64,000 nt of DNA from Coniocarpon cinnabarinum (Eukaryota), in the NCBI GenBank assembly GCA_051942205.1, contig JAVECO010000007.1, positions 1 through 64,000 on the forward strand, in the 5' to 3' direction. The notes beneath the pieces are model-generated. The model did not search any database, was not told where the DNA came from, and worked only from the letters and a program-made list of their open reading frames with translations. The position numbers and the translations under genes were made by a program. Shown piece by piece: positions 13,314 to 26,202 of this stretch. Position 1 is the stretch's first letter, and each line of letters starts with the position of its first letter.

Positions 13314-15912
13314 ATGAGCTTCGAAATTTCTCGAGTGTCATCGCCCTTGCATCCACCAGAGCGGTCGGGCTTGGGCCGGCGCCCCTGGGCATGTGTTTCA
13401 TGTGCTACTCGCAAGGTTCAAACCCCAGCATGCCATTCCTTAAAAACTGCGCTGATTTCCTCTGATCCAAGATCAGGTGTGACCGTCAGTCTCCCTGTTC
13501 CAACTGCGTCAAGAATAGCAACACCTGCGAATATCGTCCACCGGCGCCAGCACAGCGGAAGAAGAGGAAAGCCCAAAGAGAAGCCCTCGAGCAGATGGTA
13601 AAAAAGCTGCGAGAGGTATGTGCATCATGCTGAATCGATGAGCTTGAATACAGAGTGACTGAATGGCTCAGTATGAGGGATACTTGCACTCACAAGGACT
13701 ACCAATCCAACCGTTTGACACCTCCCGAATTGAGGATCTGCTTCACCCGTCCCAGTTACGAACCGAATCACTCAACCTGAGTTCGACGGAGGAGCGTGGC
13801 TTAGTGGCAACCTCAAATGATGATGTTTTGCAGAGTCAACCCAGACTTGACATCGCCGGCTCGAATCTCTTGCAGACCCAGGTGAGTGATCGTGTCCTGC
13901 TACAAGAGACCAATGACCGAGCAATATTCTTTTCATTGCACCGAAACCACTCGACGTCCCGCCCGTTGCTGAATGATTAGCCCTTCTTTTGTTTGTATGC
14001 TAAGATTTCCTCTTAGGCGAGCGCCCACTTGCCCGCGTCAATGCCTCCAGATGAAGCTGCAGGTAGGGATCATGGAAGCGCGATGCCGTCTGCTACCTTC
14101 CTTCTTGGCTTCCCTTTTAAAGAAGACGAACTATGGACCTCTCCCGCTCCCATGGCTGGACTCTGGGAACCATTCTGCAACAATGTCCATCCGGTCACTC
14201 ACATCTTGCACTTGCCTTCCGTAGAGGAAGCAGTCACAAGATATACGACCGGAATAGGTAGACGGTCTCCTCCCACAGAAGCTTTGATGTTCTCCATGTG
14301 TTCTTGTGCGGTGCTCTCAATTGCGGAAGAGCATTGTCAACAGAGTTTTGGTGCACCCAGGCAAAGTACAGCTATGGCGCTACAAAGCGCAACTAGAGTT
14401 CACCTAATCAGTAAGTACTTCGCTCCATTCTCAAATGTCCAACATCTTTCAATTCAGCAAACCTCGCTGCAAGATAGCCACACCGGAATGTCTCATTCAC
14501 TGACTTATCCGAATACAGGAGCCGGTCTGCTGGAGACGCCTAGTCTGATGGCTTTGCAGGCATTTGCTTTCTATTTAGTGTGTCTCCTCTTGCGCTTGCA
14601 GCATATATATCCGACGATTTGATATGCTAATGCTGGCAGACTTCCGTCGAGTCCTTTCAACATGCGCACACGACTGCGTTACTCACCAAGGTTGGCATCG
14701 AGTCGGCAAAGACTCTCCATCTACACCAAAATGAATCCCAGCTGGGCCTTTCAGCTTTTGAAGCAGAGATGCGGCGGCGTCTTTGGTGGTATTTCTTGGC
14801 CCTGGACGCAAGAGCCGCAGAGCGTAACGGATGCCCCGAACTCAGCACGGTACCAAGCGCAGACTGCATTCTACCGCTCAATGTAGACGACCAGGTGAGT
14901 CTGCCGCAAGCTCAGCATCCACTGCATGAGCCAAACTAAATTCGAATGTTCCTAGGTCTTGACCCCGGGCATGCAACAGCTTCCCTCTTCTACAACAAAA
15001 GCTGCTGACATGACCTACTGTTATTTGCGATATGTTATGTTAAAAATGGAAAGTCAACAACGCACATCGTTGCAAGCCCGTCACAGGGACACCAATCCAA
15101 GCCTTGGACAGCTAAACGCCGATTTTGAGCGCATTGCGAAATTAGAAACTCGGCTGAATGATCAATTCCTCAGTGTTGACAGCCCAGGCGCGCCATTTCA
15201 TGACATTGCCGTCGCTACCACCCACATGACTTTGTGCAGAATGCGCATCCAGGCCATCTTACTGCAGACTGTGGGGAATTGGGCCGGAGACGCTTCACCA
15301 CACAGCATTACTGTTTTGAAAGAGCTCTTCAAGCAGCACCTCCGTGTAATAGGCTATGACAGTTCGATATACAACATACCCAGATCCTCCGGTTTGCAAT
15401 GGCATTTACGCCAGCACTTTCCATGGAGATCACTTCTGCATGTCTTGGAGGTGCTTTGCAATCACGATCTGAGCATTGTCGACGACTTGGTTGATACTTG
15501 GCAGGAGCTTGACAAGATGCACGCCAGTCATCCCGAAATGATCAATGACCTGTTGACGCCTGTCCCTCGACTACAAAAAGATGGAGCCGAGATGATGTTG
15601 CAAGCTTGGACAAACTGTTCGTCGAGGCTACCTGTCCAAGCTGTCATTCAGCCACCCAACTTTGTGGCCATACTGCAGTCCAGAAGCCAAGCGGCTGAAG
15701 CCTCTGCCACTCCAGTATCAGGACCCTCATCTTCTGGAACGACATCTTACACCAGCTCACCTAGCTGGCATGCAGGTTCCTTTGGTTTCAGCCCAACGAC
15801 CGTGAGCCAGACTCTTCAATCGCAGTCTTCACCTTCCTTTTTGGGGGACTCCACTGGCGTATACCAAAGCTCGTCCTATGCGCCAAACACAACGTCTGAG
15901 ACTTGGTTCTGA
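13314..15912 (+). CDS. Zn(II)2Cys6 transcription factor with fungal-specific TF (middle homology) domain
   Basis: Removing intron 13416-13471 gives CVSCATRK-IRCDRQSPCSNCVKNSNTC (C-x2-C-x6-C-x5-C-x2-C-x6-C). Later NVHPVTHILHLP and EAEMRRRLWWYFLALD. About six introns. Confidence 0.9.
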
Positions 15913-16120
15913 ATCACATCACATGGGACGGCCACACAGAAGCTTGTGTTAACAAGTGGCGAATACAAGCCGGCAGCGCCAATGATCCCTGTTGAGATTT
16001 CGATGGCGATCCAGTCATTGAATGCCATGTCCACCTTGAGGAGAAGATCCTTCGGTGCTCAGCTAGCCCGTTGGAAAAGGCACCAAACGTCGAGGGTCTC
16101 TGGACAGACACAATGACAGC

Positions 16121-16683
16121 TCAGAAATCAGAGCCTTCGCTCGTCTCCTCGAGAATAGTCTGGGCTGCCAGAGTCTCTGCCGGAGCTCGAGGCAAAGGTT
16201 TAGGCCTGGTCCTTTGCTGTGGCAAGTTCCATGCACCAAATTTTGAAGTTGCGGAAGTTGTTCTCATTGCACGCTCCCGTCTTCGAGAAGCGGCGGTGCG
16301 TCCTGCACCCTGCCTTCGCGATTCCTTATCGGGCGGCGAGATGTGCAGCACAGCGACTAGACCGGCGGAAGAGACGTGCAAGATTAGTCCAGTAAGCGCA
16401 CCGATGCACACTGCACAGCCAAAGAAAATATAAAGCTTCTAACGTTTACATTAGCACGGATTCCTTGTAGCATGTTCCTCCGAATCAATGAATCTACCTC
16501 GTAGTCGCAGATGATATCGTAAGCAAGGCGACAAAGGAACCAGACTTGGTGCAACAGGATGCGTAAAGGGAGGGTTATAAGGGAGAAGCTTAACGCTATT
16601 GGCCGGACAAAAGCAATGTTAATTGTGTGCAAAGGTAGCAATATGAAAAGCACATAGGAGACATGCTTCAGCCAGCTAAGCAT
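16121..16683 (-). CDS. Small fungal membrane protein of unknown function, 2 exons
   Basis: Hydrophobic exon 1, intron 16439-16497 (GTAGAT..CTAAT..TAG), then in-frame KLYIFFGCAVCIGALTGLILH and an acidic end QTILEETSEGSDF. Confidence 0.7.
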
Positions 16684-17060
16684 AGCATTCAAGTACGAAT
16701 TGAGATTGAGTCCCTGATTTCTGGTCGTTCTCACTACGACTCACGTGCCCCTTAGTACATCGACGCAATACTATGCAGGCAAAAGCTACCGACCTCGAAC
16801 GACGGCGGTCGAGGATTCAATTGACATGTGAAAGTCGTTCCTGCAAAGAAAGTGACACAAGATGGCCGGTCGATATTCGGCGGAAGATGCCATGAATTTA
16901 TTCGGCCGAGTTTGACTCTCGATCTTCAACATAAATCGCGTAGTGGGGTGCACACGCTCTCTCTTCACTCTGATGCCTGTCATTGCATTTACACTATGCG
17001 CGTTTGTTCAATTCGTGTGGGCAAAGGCTAATTGGATGTGCTCGTAGTCCTCGCGTCCCA

Positions 17061-18659
17061 ATGGGGAACGCCAACTCCAGCGAGAAAGGCTCTGCCCATG
17101 ACAAGCAGTCTCTCAGTAGTACCTCACCGAGGGACGCCTCGCATCCATCCCAAGAATCGCGCGACCTTCATGGATACAAGAGAGCCGCTAAACGTAGAGA
17201 GTCGGTCCCAGCATTGCCTCACGCCCGCGCAGCTCCAGCTCCCCCATCTGAATCTTTAGAGAGCGCGCAAGGCCGACCAAGCTCTACCGCGGCGTCAACC
17301 ACCACATCAGGTCATATACCTTCGCACTCAAGAGGCAGATCACAAACAAGTGTGTCACCCAGTCCGCAGGCACAAGATCGCCGTTCCAGAGAAAATGCAG
17401 ACCCCAACGGCCAACCTTCGCAAGCGCAACAAGCTCGGCCCGTAGATGTGCCTGCACACCCGGTACCGACAGACCCAAACGTGCAGCCTCGCTCTGTCAC
17501 CCAAAACAACTCAAGCTCCGTCTCGCCGTCATCGTACCACATCCCCAATTCTCAATACAATCGCCCTCCTCGACTACCTCTGCCCATCGAGCAAGAGGAC
17601 TTTGCACCCGGATCTCCGATCATATCTCCCGCAGACCTTCCTGGCCCACTAGGCCAAGATTCTGTCCCTGAAGAAGAAACCGCCCAGCTTGAGCACAAGA
17701 ACAGCATTCTCAGTAACACCACTGTCGAGGATGACGAGGTACCTGACGACTTCCAGACACACGGCAAGGCCAGTGGGCATTTGGTGGATACGTTGGTGGA
17801 GTGGAAAGAAGGTGGCGACCGTGTGTACGTCACGGGGAGCTTCTCGGGGTGGACCAAGAAACATCGTCTGCATCGCAACGGGCCTAGTAAGGATCCGAAA
17901 GCCTTATCTGCAATAATCCCGTTGCAAGTTGGAGCCCATCACATGACGTTTTTAGTGGATGGGCAAATGCTAACGTCGAGGCATCTGCCGACCGCGGTTG
18001 ATTACACAAATGTCCTGATCAATTACATCGAGGTGTCAGCAGATGACTTACCGAAGCCTTCCCAACCTGTTGACATACAGAGACGTCAAGAGCCGCCCTT
18101 CAAGCAGCCAAACGTGCTTGATAGCCACCGCCCGCCCACGGAAGGCCGCCGAGGATCCATATTCCCACCGCCTACTCCAGAGCTAAAGCCAACCCAAAAC
18201 GTAGAGCCGCCGTCAGTCAGCGGAGCGAATTTTGTACCATCCGCGGAGGCCAATGAACATCCAGCGCCTCCGAAGCCGAGTCCCTCTCCTTCTGCAATTG
18301 CTCAGCAAGTGAAGCGTACAGTCATCGACAATAAGAGATACCACAGTGAAATACCGGTGTTCTTGGAAGATCTTGACGCACCTGATGACTCGCATCGCTA
18401 TGCACGGGCTAATGCCGTCATGAATACGATGCCGACTCCACCGTCTTTGCCCATGTTTCTCAACAAGAGCATTCTCAACGGGACGCTGCCCATGAAGGAC
18501 GATGCAAGTGTGCTTGTGTTACCCAATCATACTGTGCTCAACCATTTGGCGACCACCAGCATCAAGCAGCACGTGTTGGCAACCAGCTCCACCACTCGAT
18601 ACAAGCGCAAATATGTGACGACAATTATGCATCGTCCGACCGGCGAGCATACGGGCTGA
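17061..18659 (+). CDS. GAL83: Snf1/AMPK beta subunit
   Basis: N-myristoylation start MGNANSS, CBM48 domain (VEWKEGGDRVYVTGSFSGW..FLVDG) and C-terminal PPSLP..LPNHTVLNHL..RYKRKYVTT. Confidence 0.95.
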   Translation: MGNANSSEKGSAHDKQSLSSTSPRDASHPSQESRDLHGYKRAAKRRESVPALPHARAAPAPPSESLESAQGRPSSTAASTTTSGHIPSHSRGRSQTSVSPSPQAQDRRSRENADPNGQPSQAQQARPVDVPAHPVPTDPNVQPRSVTQNNSSSVSPSSYHIPNSQYNRPPRLPLPIEQEDFAPGSPIISPADLPGPLGQDSVPEEETAQLEHKNSILSNTTVEDDEVPDDFQTHGKASGHLVDTLVEWKEGGDRVYVTGSFSGWTKKHRLHRNGPSKDPKALSAIIPLQVGAHHMTFLVDGQMLTSRHLPTAVDYTNVLINYIEVSADDLPKPSQPVDIQRRQEPPFKQPNVLDSHRPPTEGRRGSIFPPPTPELKPTQNVEPPSVSGANFVPSAEANEHPAPPKPSPSPSAIAQQVKRTVIDNKRYHSEIPVFLEDLDAPDDSHRYARANAVMNTMPTPPSLPMFLNKSILNGTLPMKDDASVLVLPNHTVLNHLATTSIKQHVLATSSTTRYKRKYVTTIMHRPTGEHTG

Positions 18660-19115
18660 GGCGCGTTTCGAACTTTGCGAAACGACTTGTTGAGTCACAC
18701 TGTGAGTATACGATTGATGAAAAGCAACCGCCAGCGTTTTCGAGGTCCTGAAGTCAATAATACCCACGTTTGAACTTGACCTCTACAACGACGCCGATGA
18801 TGAGGGCCACCTGCATACTCCACGAGAAGCCATCGCATCGCCCAAGGTCTGGGACGAGCTCACATATGATCGCGTCGAGGATAGCTCCAGATCACTCTTA
18901 TCACACAGCGAGAGACACTCTCGCTGTTGAAAAACCAGTATGCAGATGGCTTCGTTGCGGATTGGCCCGTACACAAGCCCGTATACTCATATACGCATCC
19001 AGCATATAACATCTCCCCTCCAAAAGCTTCAATTACGAAGCCAGCATTCACCCAAAAGCCTGGGAGGAGGTTTTCGACACTTTAGATTTGAATTCCAACT
19101 TGAATTCTCACAGAT

Positions 19116-20642
19116 TCAACCTCGCCACGTCACGACCACTTCGTCTGTTCTGAACCGCTGCGTTGTTCTGCTCGCGTCCAGACCCCAATCTTCCTTGCCC
19201 TCTCCCCTGCCATATCTACTCCCCTTTTTCACAGCTGTTTGCTCTCCATTTTCAACTTCCTTTCCTTCTGGCTTTCCGGCCTTGCCCCGTCCTGCCGTCT
19301 CCCAGCTTAGCAAACCCGCGTGCGCAATCATGATTCCGTTGTCAATGCAGAACCGCTCGTCTGTGGCGTAGCATTTTCCACCTCTGTCTGCGGCCATCAG
19401 TGTCATCATCTCTTGCAATCGCTCGTTACATCCCACCCCACCGACTATGAGGACAGAATCCGACTGGGCATGCGCCATGGCTCGCTCCGTGATCTCGACA
19501 AGCATGGCGAAAATGTGCTCTTGCAAGCTATAGCACAGGTCAGCGGGAGTGAGGCGCGAGAAGTCGGTCGATGCGGTAAGGCCGTGTAAATCGTCTTTCT
19601 GTTGCTTTTGTTTTGGCTTCTGTTTCTGCGGCTTTTGTTGCTCCCCCTTCGATGGTTTCTTCGAATCAGACGGCGCTTCATGGTCTGCAGCAGTACCCCC
19701 GTTTTCGTCATCAGGGCTGGCGCCCTCACTTCCATACGCACTATCCACACCCTCAACTTCCCCTTCCACACCTTTCTTCCGCTCTTCTTTCCTCGCTTCC
19801 TCCATCTTCGCGGCCGCCGCGTCAACAGCCGCTAACACACCACTGAAGCTGCAATCCATTCCCTTAACCGCATACGGCAACTCCATCCACACGCCCTCGC
19901 CTCGCCGTTCTCTTTCCCGTCCCTCCCGCGCCAACACCTCAATGTTATACCCCGGCGCAGGATCATTACTGATTCTGAGCGTGCGCGCGAAGCGATCCAG
20001 ACAGTTGCCGATGGCGATGTCGAGCGTTTCGCCGAAGATGTGGTAGTGTGGCGGTGAATAAGCCAGGACTTGGGTGTTACCGCCTGAGACGTAGAGGATT
20101 GTGGGATGGGAGGCTGAGGTGATGGCGCGGCCCATTTCGATGTGGCCGATGCAGTGGTTTACGCCGATGAGGGCAAGGTCGGGATTTGGCTTGAAAGTCT
20201 TGGATTGTGACTGAGGCGTTTGAGGCGGCTGTTCTGTCGGTGGATGTGAAGATGTATCGTGCTCTTCATACTTCAAGCCCCACATCAATGCGATTGTGCG
20301 TGCGGCAAGCGCCACGCATTGAAGCGGCGCGCCCATTCCGGGGCCCTTGGTATAACATACACATGCTAGTTGTCGGGGATGCACATTTGCTTGTTGTAAG
20401 GCGCGCTTCACGAGGCGGACGACCCATCGTCGATGATGGAGCGCTGTGTCTTTTGGGAGAAACCCGGTGCCGGCGGGAGAGACGTAGGTGTGGCGGAGAT
20501 TGGCGAGGACACGGATTTGAGGGACGCCATTGGCTTTCGTCGAGGATGAATTGTTCGGCTCTGTGGCGGAGGGCAGGATGTGCTCTATGAGGCCTATACC
20601 GATCTTGTTGGCGGAGCCTTCGAGGCCGAGGGAGATGGGCAT
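19116..20642 (-). CDS. KAE1: tRNA N6-threonylcarbamoyltransferase (KEOPS subunit), with long insertions
   Basis: [64 protein letters not shown] and QRFRTDEV. Confidence 0.96.
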   Translation of the reverse strand: MPISLGLEGSANKIGIGLIEHILPSATEPNNSSSTKANGVPQIRVLANLRHTYVSPAGTGFLPKDTALHHRRWVVRLVKRALQQANVHPRQLACVCYTKGPGMGAPLQCVALAARTIALMWGLKYEEHDTSSHPPTEQPPQTPQSQSKTFKPNPDLALIGVNHCIGHIEMGRAITSASHPTILYVSGGNTQVLAYSPPHYHIFGETLDIAIGNCLDRFARTLRISNDPAPGYNIEVLAREGRERERRGEGVWMELPYAVKGMDCSFSGVLAAVDAAAAKMEEARKEERKKGVEGEVEGVDSAYGSEGASPDDENGGTAADHEAPSDSKKPSKGEQQKPQKQKPKQKQQKDDLHGLTASTDFSRLTPADLCYSLQEHIFAMLVEITERAMAHAQSDSVLIVGGVGCNERLQEMMTLMAADRGGKCYATDERFCIDNGIMIAHAGLLSWETAGRGKAGKPEGKEVENGEQTAVKKGSRYGRGEGKEDWGLDASRTTQRFRTDEVVVTWRG

Positions 20643-20905
20643 TTCGTAGGCTGCGCAGACCACACAAGAGGATGAAGGGCTCGTTTGTATCTGGTTTACG
20701 AATACTTCAAGCCCAAGAAGACGACTAACAGCCACAGCATAGACGATGTAGGTAGATAGTAAAGCAAGTGAAATGTGGTTGTGGTGGGGTCGGAGCGTTT
20801 CCACATTCGGCCGATGGTTTCTCTTCGGCCCACTTGCACATACGTCTTTCTTAACCTATACACCACACTCCGCAAACCTTCATATATGAGAGTTCTCCCG
20901 GCAAA

Positions 20906-22454
20906 ATGGCTGACGACTTTGATCAAAAGTCGCAGGCTTTCAAGCTTTGGTTCTTGTCCCACTCAGGGGCCTCCTTGAGCTCTGGTATCGATCTCAAGGA
21001 TCTTAGATCTGAAGGTCGGGGTCGGGGTGTCGGTATGTCTGCTTGTTCAGAATTCTGAGTTCCTGCTATACATTAAGCGGCGATCTCTAACTGACATAGC
21101 CCGTGTGGTCTTCAGTCGCGACCACAGATATTCCTGCAGACACTGAGCTCTTCACTATCGACCCGCAGTCTGTGCTTTCGACCTCGACATCCGAGCTTCT
21201 GTCTCGTCTTCCTCAACAGATCCAGGACAAGCTTTCGACTCAGTCATGGCCGGCACTCATTCTTGTGCTTATCTATGAGCACCTGCAAGGAGAGAAGTCG
21301 AAATGGCGGCCGTATGTTCGACTTCTTCCTACCGAGCAGGATTTCGACACGTTGATGTATTGGACCGATGAGGAGCTGAACGAGCTGCAAGCTAGTGCCA
21401 TTCGCGAGAAGATTGGCAGAGATGATGCTGAAGCGATGTTCAAAGAACATGTGCTGCCAGTCGTTCGAGCTCATTCATCTGTGTTCTTCCCGTCGGAGGA
21501 AACGCCACTCGACGACAAGGGTCTCATACAGCTCGCCCACAGGATGGCGTCAATCATCATGTCATATGCATTCGACGTGGAGAAAACCTCGAAAGCTGAC
21601 GAAGCAGACGAAGACGGCTATGTCACGGATGATGAAGAAGAGATCCAGCAGAAGGCAATGATGCCGATGGCAGACATGCTCAATGCTGACGCAGACTTCA
21701 ACGCTCGGTTGTTCCAAGACGAAAGTTGTCTCAAGATGCGGTCCACCAGAGAGATCAAGCAAGGCGAGGAGGTACTCAATGACTTCGGTACTCTACCTCG
21801 ATCAGAGCTACTAAGGAGGTATGGCTATGTCACTGACAAGTACGCTGTGTATGATGTTATCGAGATCCCGCTGCATCTGATCACAGAAGCCGTGGACCAA
21901 GATGATTCTCAAGTCTCGGAACGACTGGAGAAGCTTGAAGAGGATGGCCTAGACCTCCATGGCTTTATCATTGACCGTGAAGACTCCTCTGTCCTTGAAG
22001 GGGAAGACAACGAACGACCGCCCGTCCGGATTCCAGAAGAGCTGCTTGACTTACTCCATGCCTTGCACGCCGACAAAGCGGTCTGGAGAAAGTGGCGCCG
22101 CAAGCTTGACGAATCTCAGCAAGAGGATCTTCACCGCCAAGTTGACAAGGCACTGAATGCAGTCTTAACCAATAGGCTCAGCGAGTACAAGACAAGTGCG
22201 GCCGAGGATCGCGAGTTGCTTGCTCGAGGTGGTCTCAACAGGCGACAGAACATGGCCGTCAGTGTCCGACTTGGCGAGAAGCAGCTCTTGGATGAGGCCA
22301 TCTCTGAAACGAATCGAACGCCTGAAAATGGTGTGAGCACACGTCTGAGCATAGGTTTTCTCTTCTAACCGAAACATTTCGATGGGGAGTTGCATTGCGC
22401 TTCTAAACACTCTGGATATCCTACACTAACAATACACAGCAAGCTGCCGCTTGA
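20906..22454 (+). CDS. RKM4: SET-domain lysine methyltransferase (Rkm4/SETD6-like)
   Basis: GRGRGV|VAT across intron 21033-21115, MMPMADMLNAD, ELLRRYGY and MAVSVRLGEKQLL. The end is 22368 if unspliced, or 22454 if intron 22333-22439 is removed. Confidence 0.82.
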
Positions 22455-22571
22455 CACAGCGTTGGCCTTGAAGTCGAATGAGGAGACTGAAAACCTCAAA
22501 AATCACCCCCAACGCCGCGCTGAAACCCAGTCAATCACGCTTCCGACAGCAGAAGCAACCGCGCCGGTTAG

Positions 22572-24493
22572 TCAATGCGCACTTTGCGTAGCCGCAGCTA
22601 CAGCACCCTGTGGACCATGGACCTGCACACTTGGCGGAGGAGCATCTCGAGCGGCGGCTGCGCCCGAAGACGATTTTCGCGAAATGGACTGTCCTCCATT
22701 GGCCCACTGCACGCGGTACGCGTAGCACTCCGTGCTGTCGAGATCAGGAGACGGCGAAGACTCTTCATCACCGCTGTCCCTGTCAAATGCAAACCGATCA
22801 TCCGTTTTCGCCTGACTCCGAAGCCGAAAATTATGCCGATCTATCATCATGCGCCCGCCTCTCCCAATCCGCCGTCGAAATCTACCAGTGTTTTTGAAAG
22901 AAGGATACTCAGACGAGTTTGCCCACTGCACATGAGGTTCGTTTGCGGGAGGGCTGGGAAGTCGATGATCGACTTCGCCGTCAAGACTCTTCTCGCTCTG
23001 ACTGTCATTCACGATACTCTCAGGTGGCGTTGGCTGTTGCGTTGGGACATGCTTCTCCTCGACCTTGACACCAACGAAGCCGCGGCCCTGTGCAGAAGTC
23101 CTTTCCTCGTCTGGTAGAAACATGTCTGCTGGAGTCACAGCACCAAGCAAAGCGCTCTCAGTGTTGTCGATAAAATTCCTATTCCACCGCTCATGCGCAG
23201 CGACCGAGTTCTGGATCTGTGCATTGACGTCTCGCAGTCGCTCGGCCAACTTGATCTGAAGATCGACCATGTCTGACGAATCGTCTGGCGGGCGTAGTCT
23301 GAGAGTGGTTCCCGATGCTGAGCGTGGCAAGCTTGCTGGACCTTGGTTCGTGCGCACACTGAGCGGCTCACGAGGACGTTGGTTGACGAGCAGCGCCTCG
23401 TCGTCATCGGTGATCTTGCTGTCGCACTTAACGCGTCGAAGTTTATGCCGGGTATCATAGATTTCGCGACTCAACTGCAGATCTACACGATGGCCGTTTT
23501 CGCGCTCGCGCACCTGATGCAAGAGATATCGACCCTCCTCGAGCTCCTTACGAAGGCGTTTGAGCTTGTCGATAACCTGTGCATCGCGGCCGCGGGTCTT
23601 TCGCGCTTGGCGGAACTCCCTGCGACGGAAGCAAACAAATGGGTCATTGTCATCAGCATCCTGACCGCCACTGCCATCCAGCCTGGGGGTCTTGAGCTGG
23701 GCCATGAGCATCTGATCATGTCGGTCGGACCGGCGGGCTTTCCAATGATCATAGATCTCACGGGCAAAGGCTCGTGCGCCCTCGTCGACGCTCTCATCAT
23801 CGAAAGATGTTGCTAGTTCGTCAAAGGGCAAGACAGGGGGATGGTCGACGTTAGCAAAAGGCTGGCGCAAGGCACTGGTCTCCTCAAAACTGGTCATGAC
23901 CTGCTCAAACCACTCCTCGGAACACAAACGCGGTTCGTCAGGCTGGCCACCAGCATTTCTGCGCTTCCTTGGCGACTGCTGGCTGGCATGCTTGAGGTTC
24001 AGCTTCTTCAGAAAAGCTACATCTTCCTCATCCATGGAGTAGCTGGCGCCAGTACAATCTTCGACAGTACTGCTGAAGCGAATGTACGTCGATGGCTGTG
24101 CAAAGCGTGCTGAAAAGAGCTGATCGTAATTGATGTCCTTCGCTGGCCGCGCTTCAGGCACGGGAATTGATGCAGCGCCATCAGTCTTGCGACCTTGAGC
24201 GGCAGCATTAATGATCGCCTGCAGATGGTGCTCCTGTCGACTGGTCAGCACAGCTGGATTTCCCCTTTAGGACCCAGGGAGTCTGATCACGTGATACTAA
24301 CCTTTTCCTCATGCTCCTCGACGCCTGTCTTGATCTTCTGGACGCCAGTATTGGGGTCGACGTCGTCTTTGGCAGCATCGATGGCCGCAGCGTTGTCATT
24401 GTGGTCGTCGTACTGGGAAAGCTCAGACTCGCGGATGATGGTTAAGACGGTTTTGGGGGCGACTTTGGCCCTACGGCCGCGGACGCCTACCAT
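22572..24493 (-). CDS. EPL1: Enhancer of polycomb-like protein (NuA4 subunit)
   Basis: KTGVEEHEEK|EHHLQA across intron 24234-24301, YIRFSSTVEDC, YSMDEED, DPFVCFRRRE..RKTR and FRRRIGRGGRMMIDR. Confidence 0.95.
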
Positions 24494-25809
24494 CTTGGCA
24501 GCGAACCAGGGGCAGAGGACGTGGAGAGTGAGAGAAAGCACTTAGTAGGTGCAGACAGAGCAGTCGGATGACGGTGACGCGGCATAGAGATGGCAGGCGG
24601 CCGCTGAAGATTGTTGTTGATAGCTGGGCACGGTGCGAGGCGCGTTGAAAGTGGACAGGCGCAGAGTTGCTACAGGAGCGACTCCGGCTGGCATGGCGAG
24701 CAGAGGGAAATTTCTGCTTGCTCAGGCCATGACGGCCCCTGGTGGCTCGAAATGCTCAGATGGACATGCAACGAGCTGTATGAATGTTGGCGACAATGAT
24801 TCTGATGCACTGATGATGCCGGAGGCTGGCGAGGGCGCGTGGTTGATGGCAGAAGCGGTGATGGCTCCTTGTTGTTCGGGGCACTTGGGGGGCAACTGGC
24901 GGGCGAGCGCACGAGCACGACCGGTCTGCCCGTCTGCCTTGTTTTTGCGGGGACGCGCGCTAGTTGCCCAGGCACGCCAAACACAGCGCCCCTTTCCACA
25001 AATCGTGGCAGCTTAGTCATCAATCGGGAGCAGTGACTGGGAGCAGTAACTGGTAGGTGAAGCAAGCAGCGGGTTGGTTCTATATAGAGCAGAAATCCTG
25101 CGCGAATCCATCCCTGAAAGCAATCATCTGACTACAGCGCATCTTCGACGCTCGATGATCTTCCTCTAAACGTGCGAACAATTCTCAGTTGCACCCTGTC
25201 TTATAGGAGACATTCAGTCGCGACCTATACAGCCTATCAAGAACACTGGTAGCTTGCTCGCCTCTGGACACGAATTCTAGTAGTGCTTTAATTTGATCGA
25301 TTGAGAAAGCATGGCGCAAAAGAATACATATTCTGAAATGTTTGCAATGCCAAAGACTTTGCGCAAAAGAGACCGTTCTGCACGGGCTTCTACACTGTAA
25401 ACTTCAAAGCCAACGTTGGCAGGGGCAAAGAATGATGTGCCCGGGGTAATCGACACGATTGCTTACGTGTTGAAGGTGAGTTCACATGGGAACAGGCCAA
25501 CGCAATGGCCATCGAGGTTTGTGATTGATTCATTAAGCATTATGCCAAAACTATTCGCTGGCGAGTTGGATATGTTGGTGTGTTTCTGTCCACTCAGTCC
25601 GTCCTTTCGACCGCGGCCCTTCTTCCACGTCCATGAACATGACCCTTGGGAAAGGAGCTACGCAGTCTTTCCTGATCAAGTCGAGCAATCCAAATGCACC
25701 ACTTGCGACCACCAACGGCGAATTCGATGAACGTGAAGGTTACTTGGATTGCTGCTTCCCGACCCTGAGAATTTGCATCATGCAGGGATTCCGTGCCTCA
25801 TGGTGATTG

Positions 25810-26202
25810 TTATCGCTCCTCTGGCACTGTGGTTTCTGGTGCTGGTTCCGACTCTGGCTGGGGCTCTGGTTGTGGCTCTGGTGCTGGTGCTGGTGCTGGT
25901 GCTGGTTCTAGCGCTGGTTCCAGCTCGAGCTCAGGCTCAGGCTCAGGCGCAGGCGCAGGCGGCGGAGCAGGCTCTGGTATTCCGTCTAAATGGGGTGCGG
26001 CGTTTTCTCGTGCGTAGAAGCTGATGTGTCGCTCTGTGACTGGAATTTGTTCATGGCTTGGGAACTCGGGTAGAGGACCCGAAGATGCGGGTGTGCGTAC
26101 CAGTCGATACGTTACGACATTCGAAGCAACGGGAATCGCAAGAGACAATTGACAAAAGACGAGAGCGCCAAGGATGCTGGCGAGGAGCGTGTGCAATTGC
26201 AT
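25810..26202 (-). CDS. Small predicted secreted Pro/Glu/Ala-repeat protein (130 aa)
   Basis: Signal-peptide-like start [24 protein letters not shown] followed by an EP/AP/QP dipeptide tract. Confidence 0.7.
   Translation of the reverse strand: MQLHTLLASILGALVFCQLSLAIPVASNVVTYRLVRTPASSGPLPEFPSHEQIPVTERHISFYARENAAPHLDGIPEPAPPPAPAPEPEPELELEPALEPAPAPAPAPEPQPEPQPESEPAPETTVPEER
25838..25980. repeat. Degenerate 6-nt tandem repeat coding X-Pro dipeptides
   Basis: Runs of ggtgct, ggctct, ggctca and ggcgca on the plus strand. Confidence 0.9.

Noticed and set aside
24633..25065. ORFs upstream of EPL1
   Set aside because: Low-complexity and unrecognisable; more likely leader or promoter sequence.
25749..26024. 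Plus-strand LVLV/AQAQ and GAGS ORFs
   Set aside because: Antisense readings of the 6-nt repeat; only the minus frame has a signal peptide.
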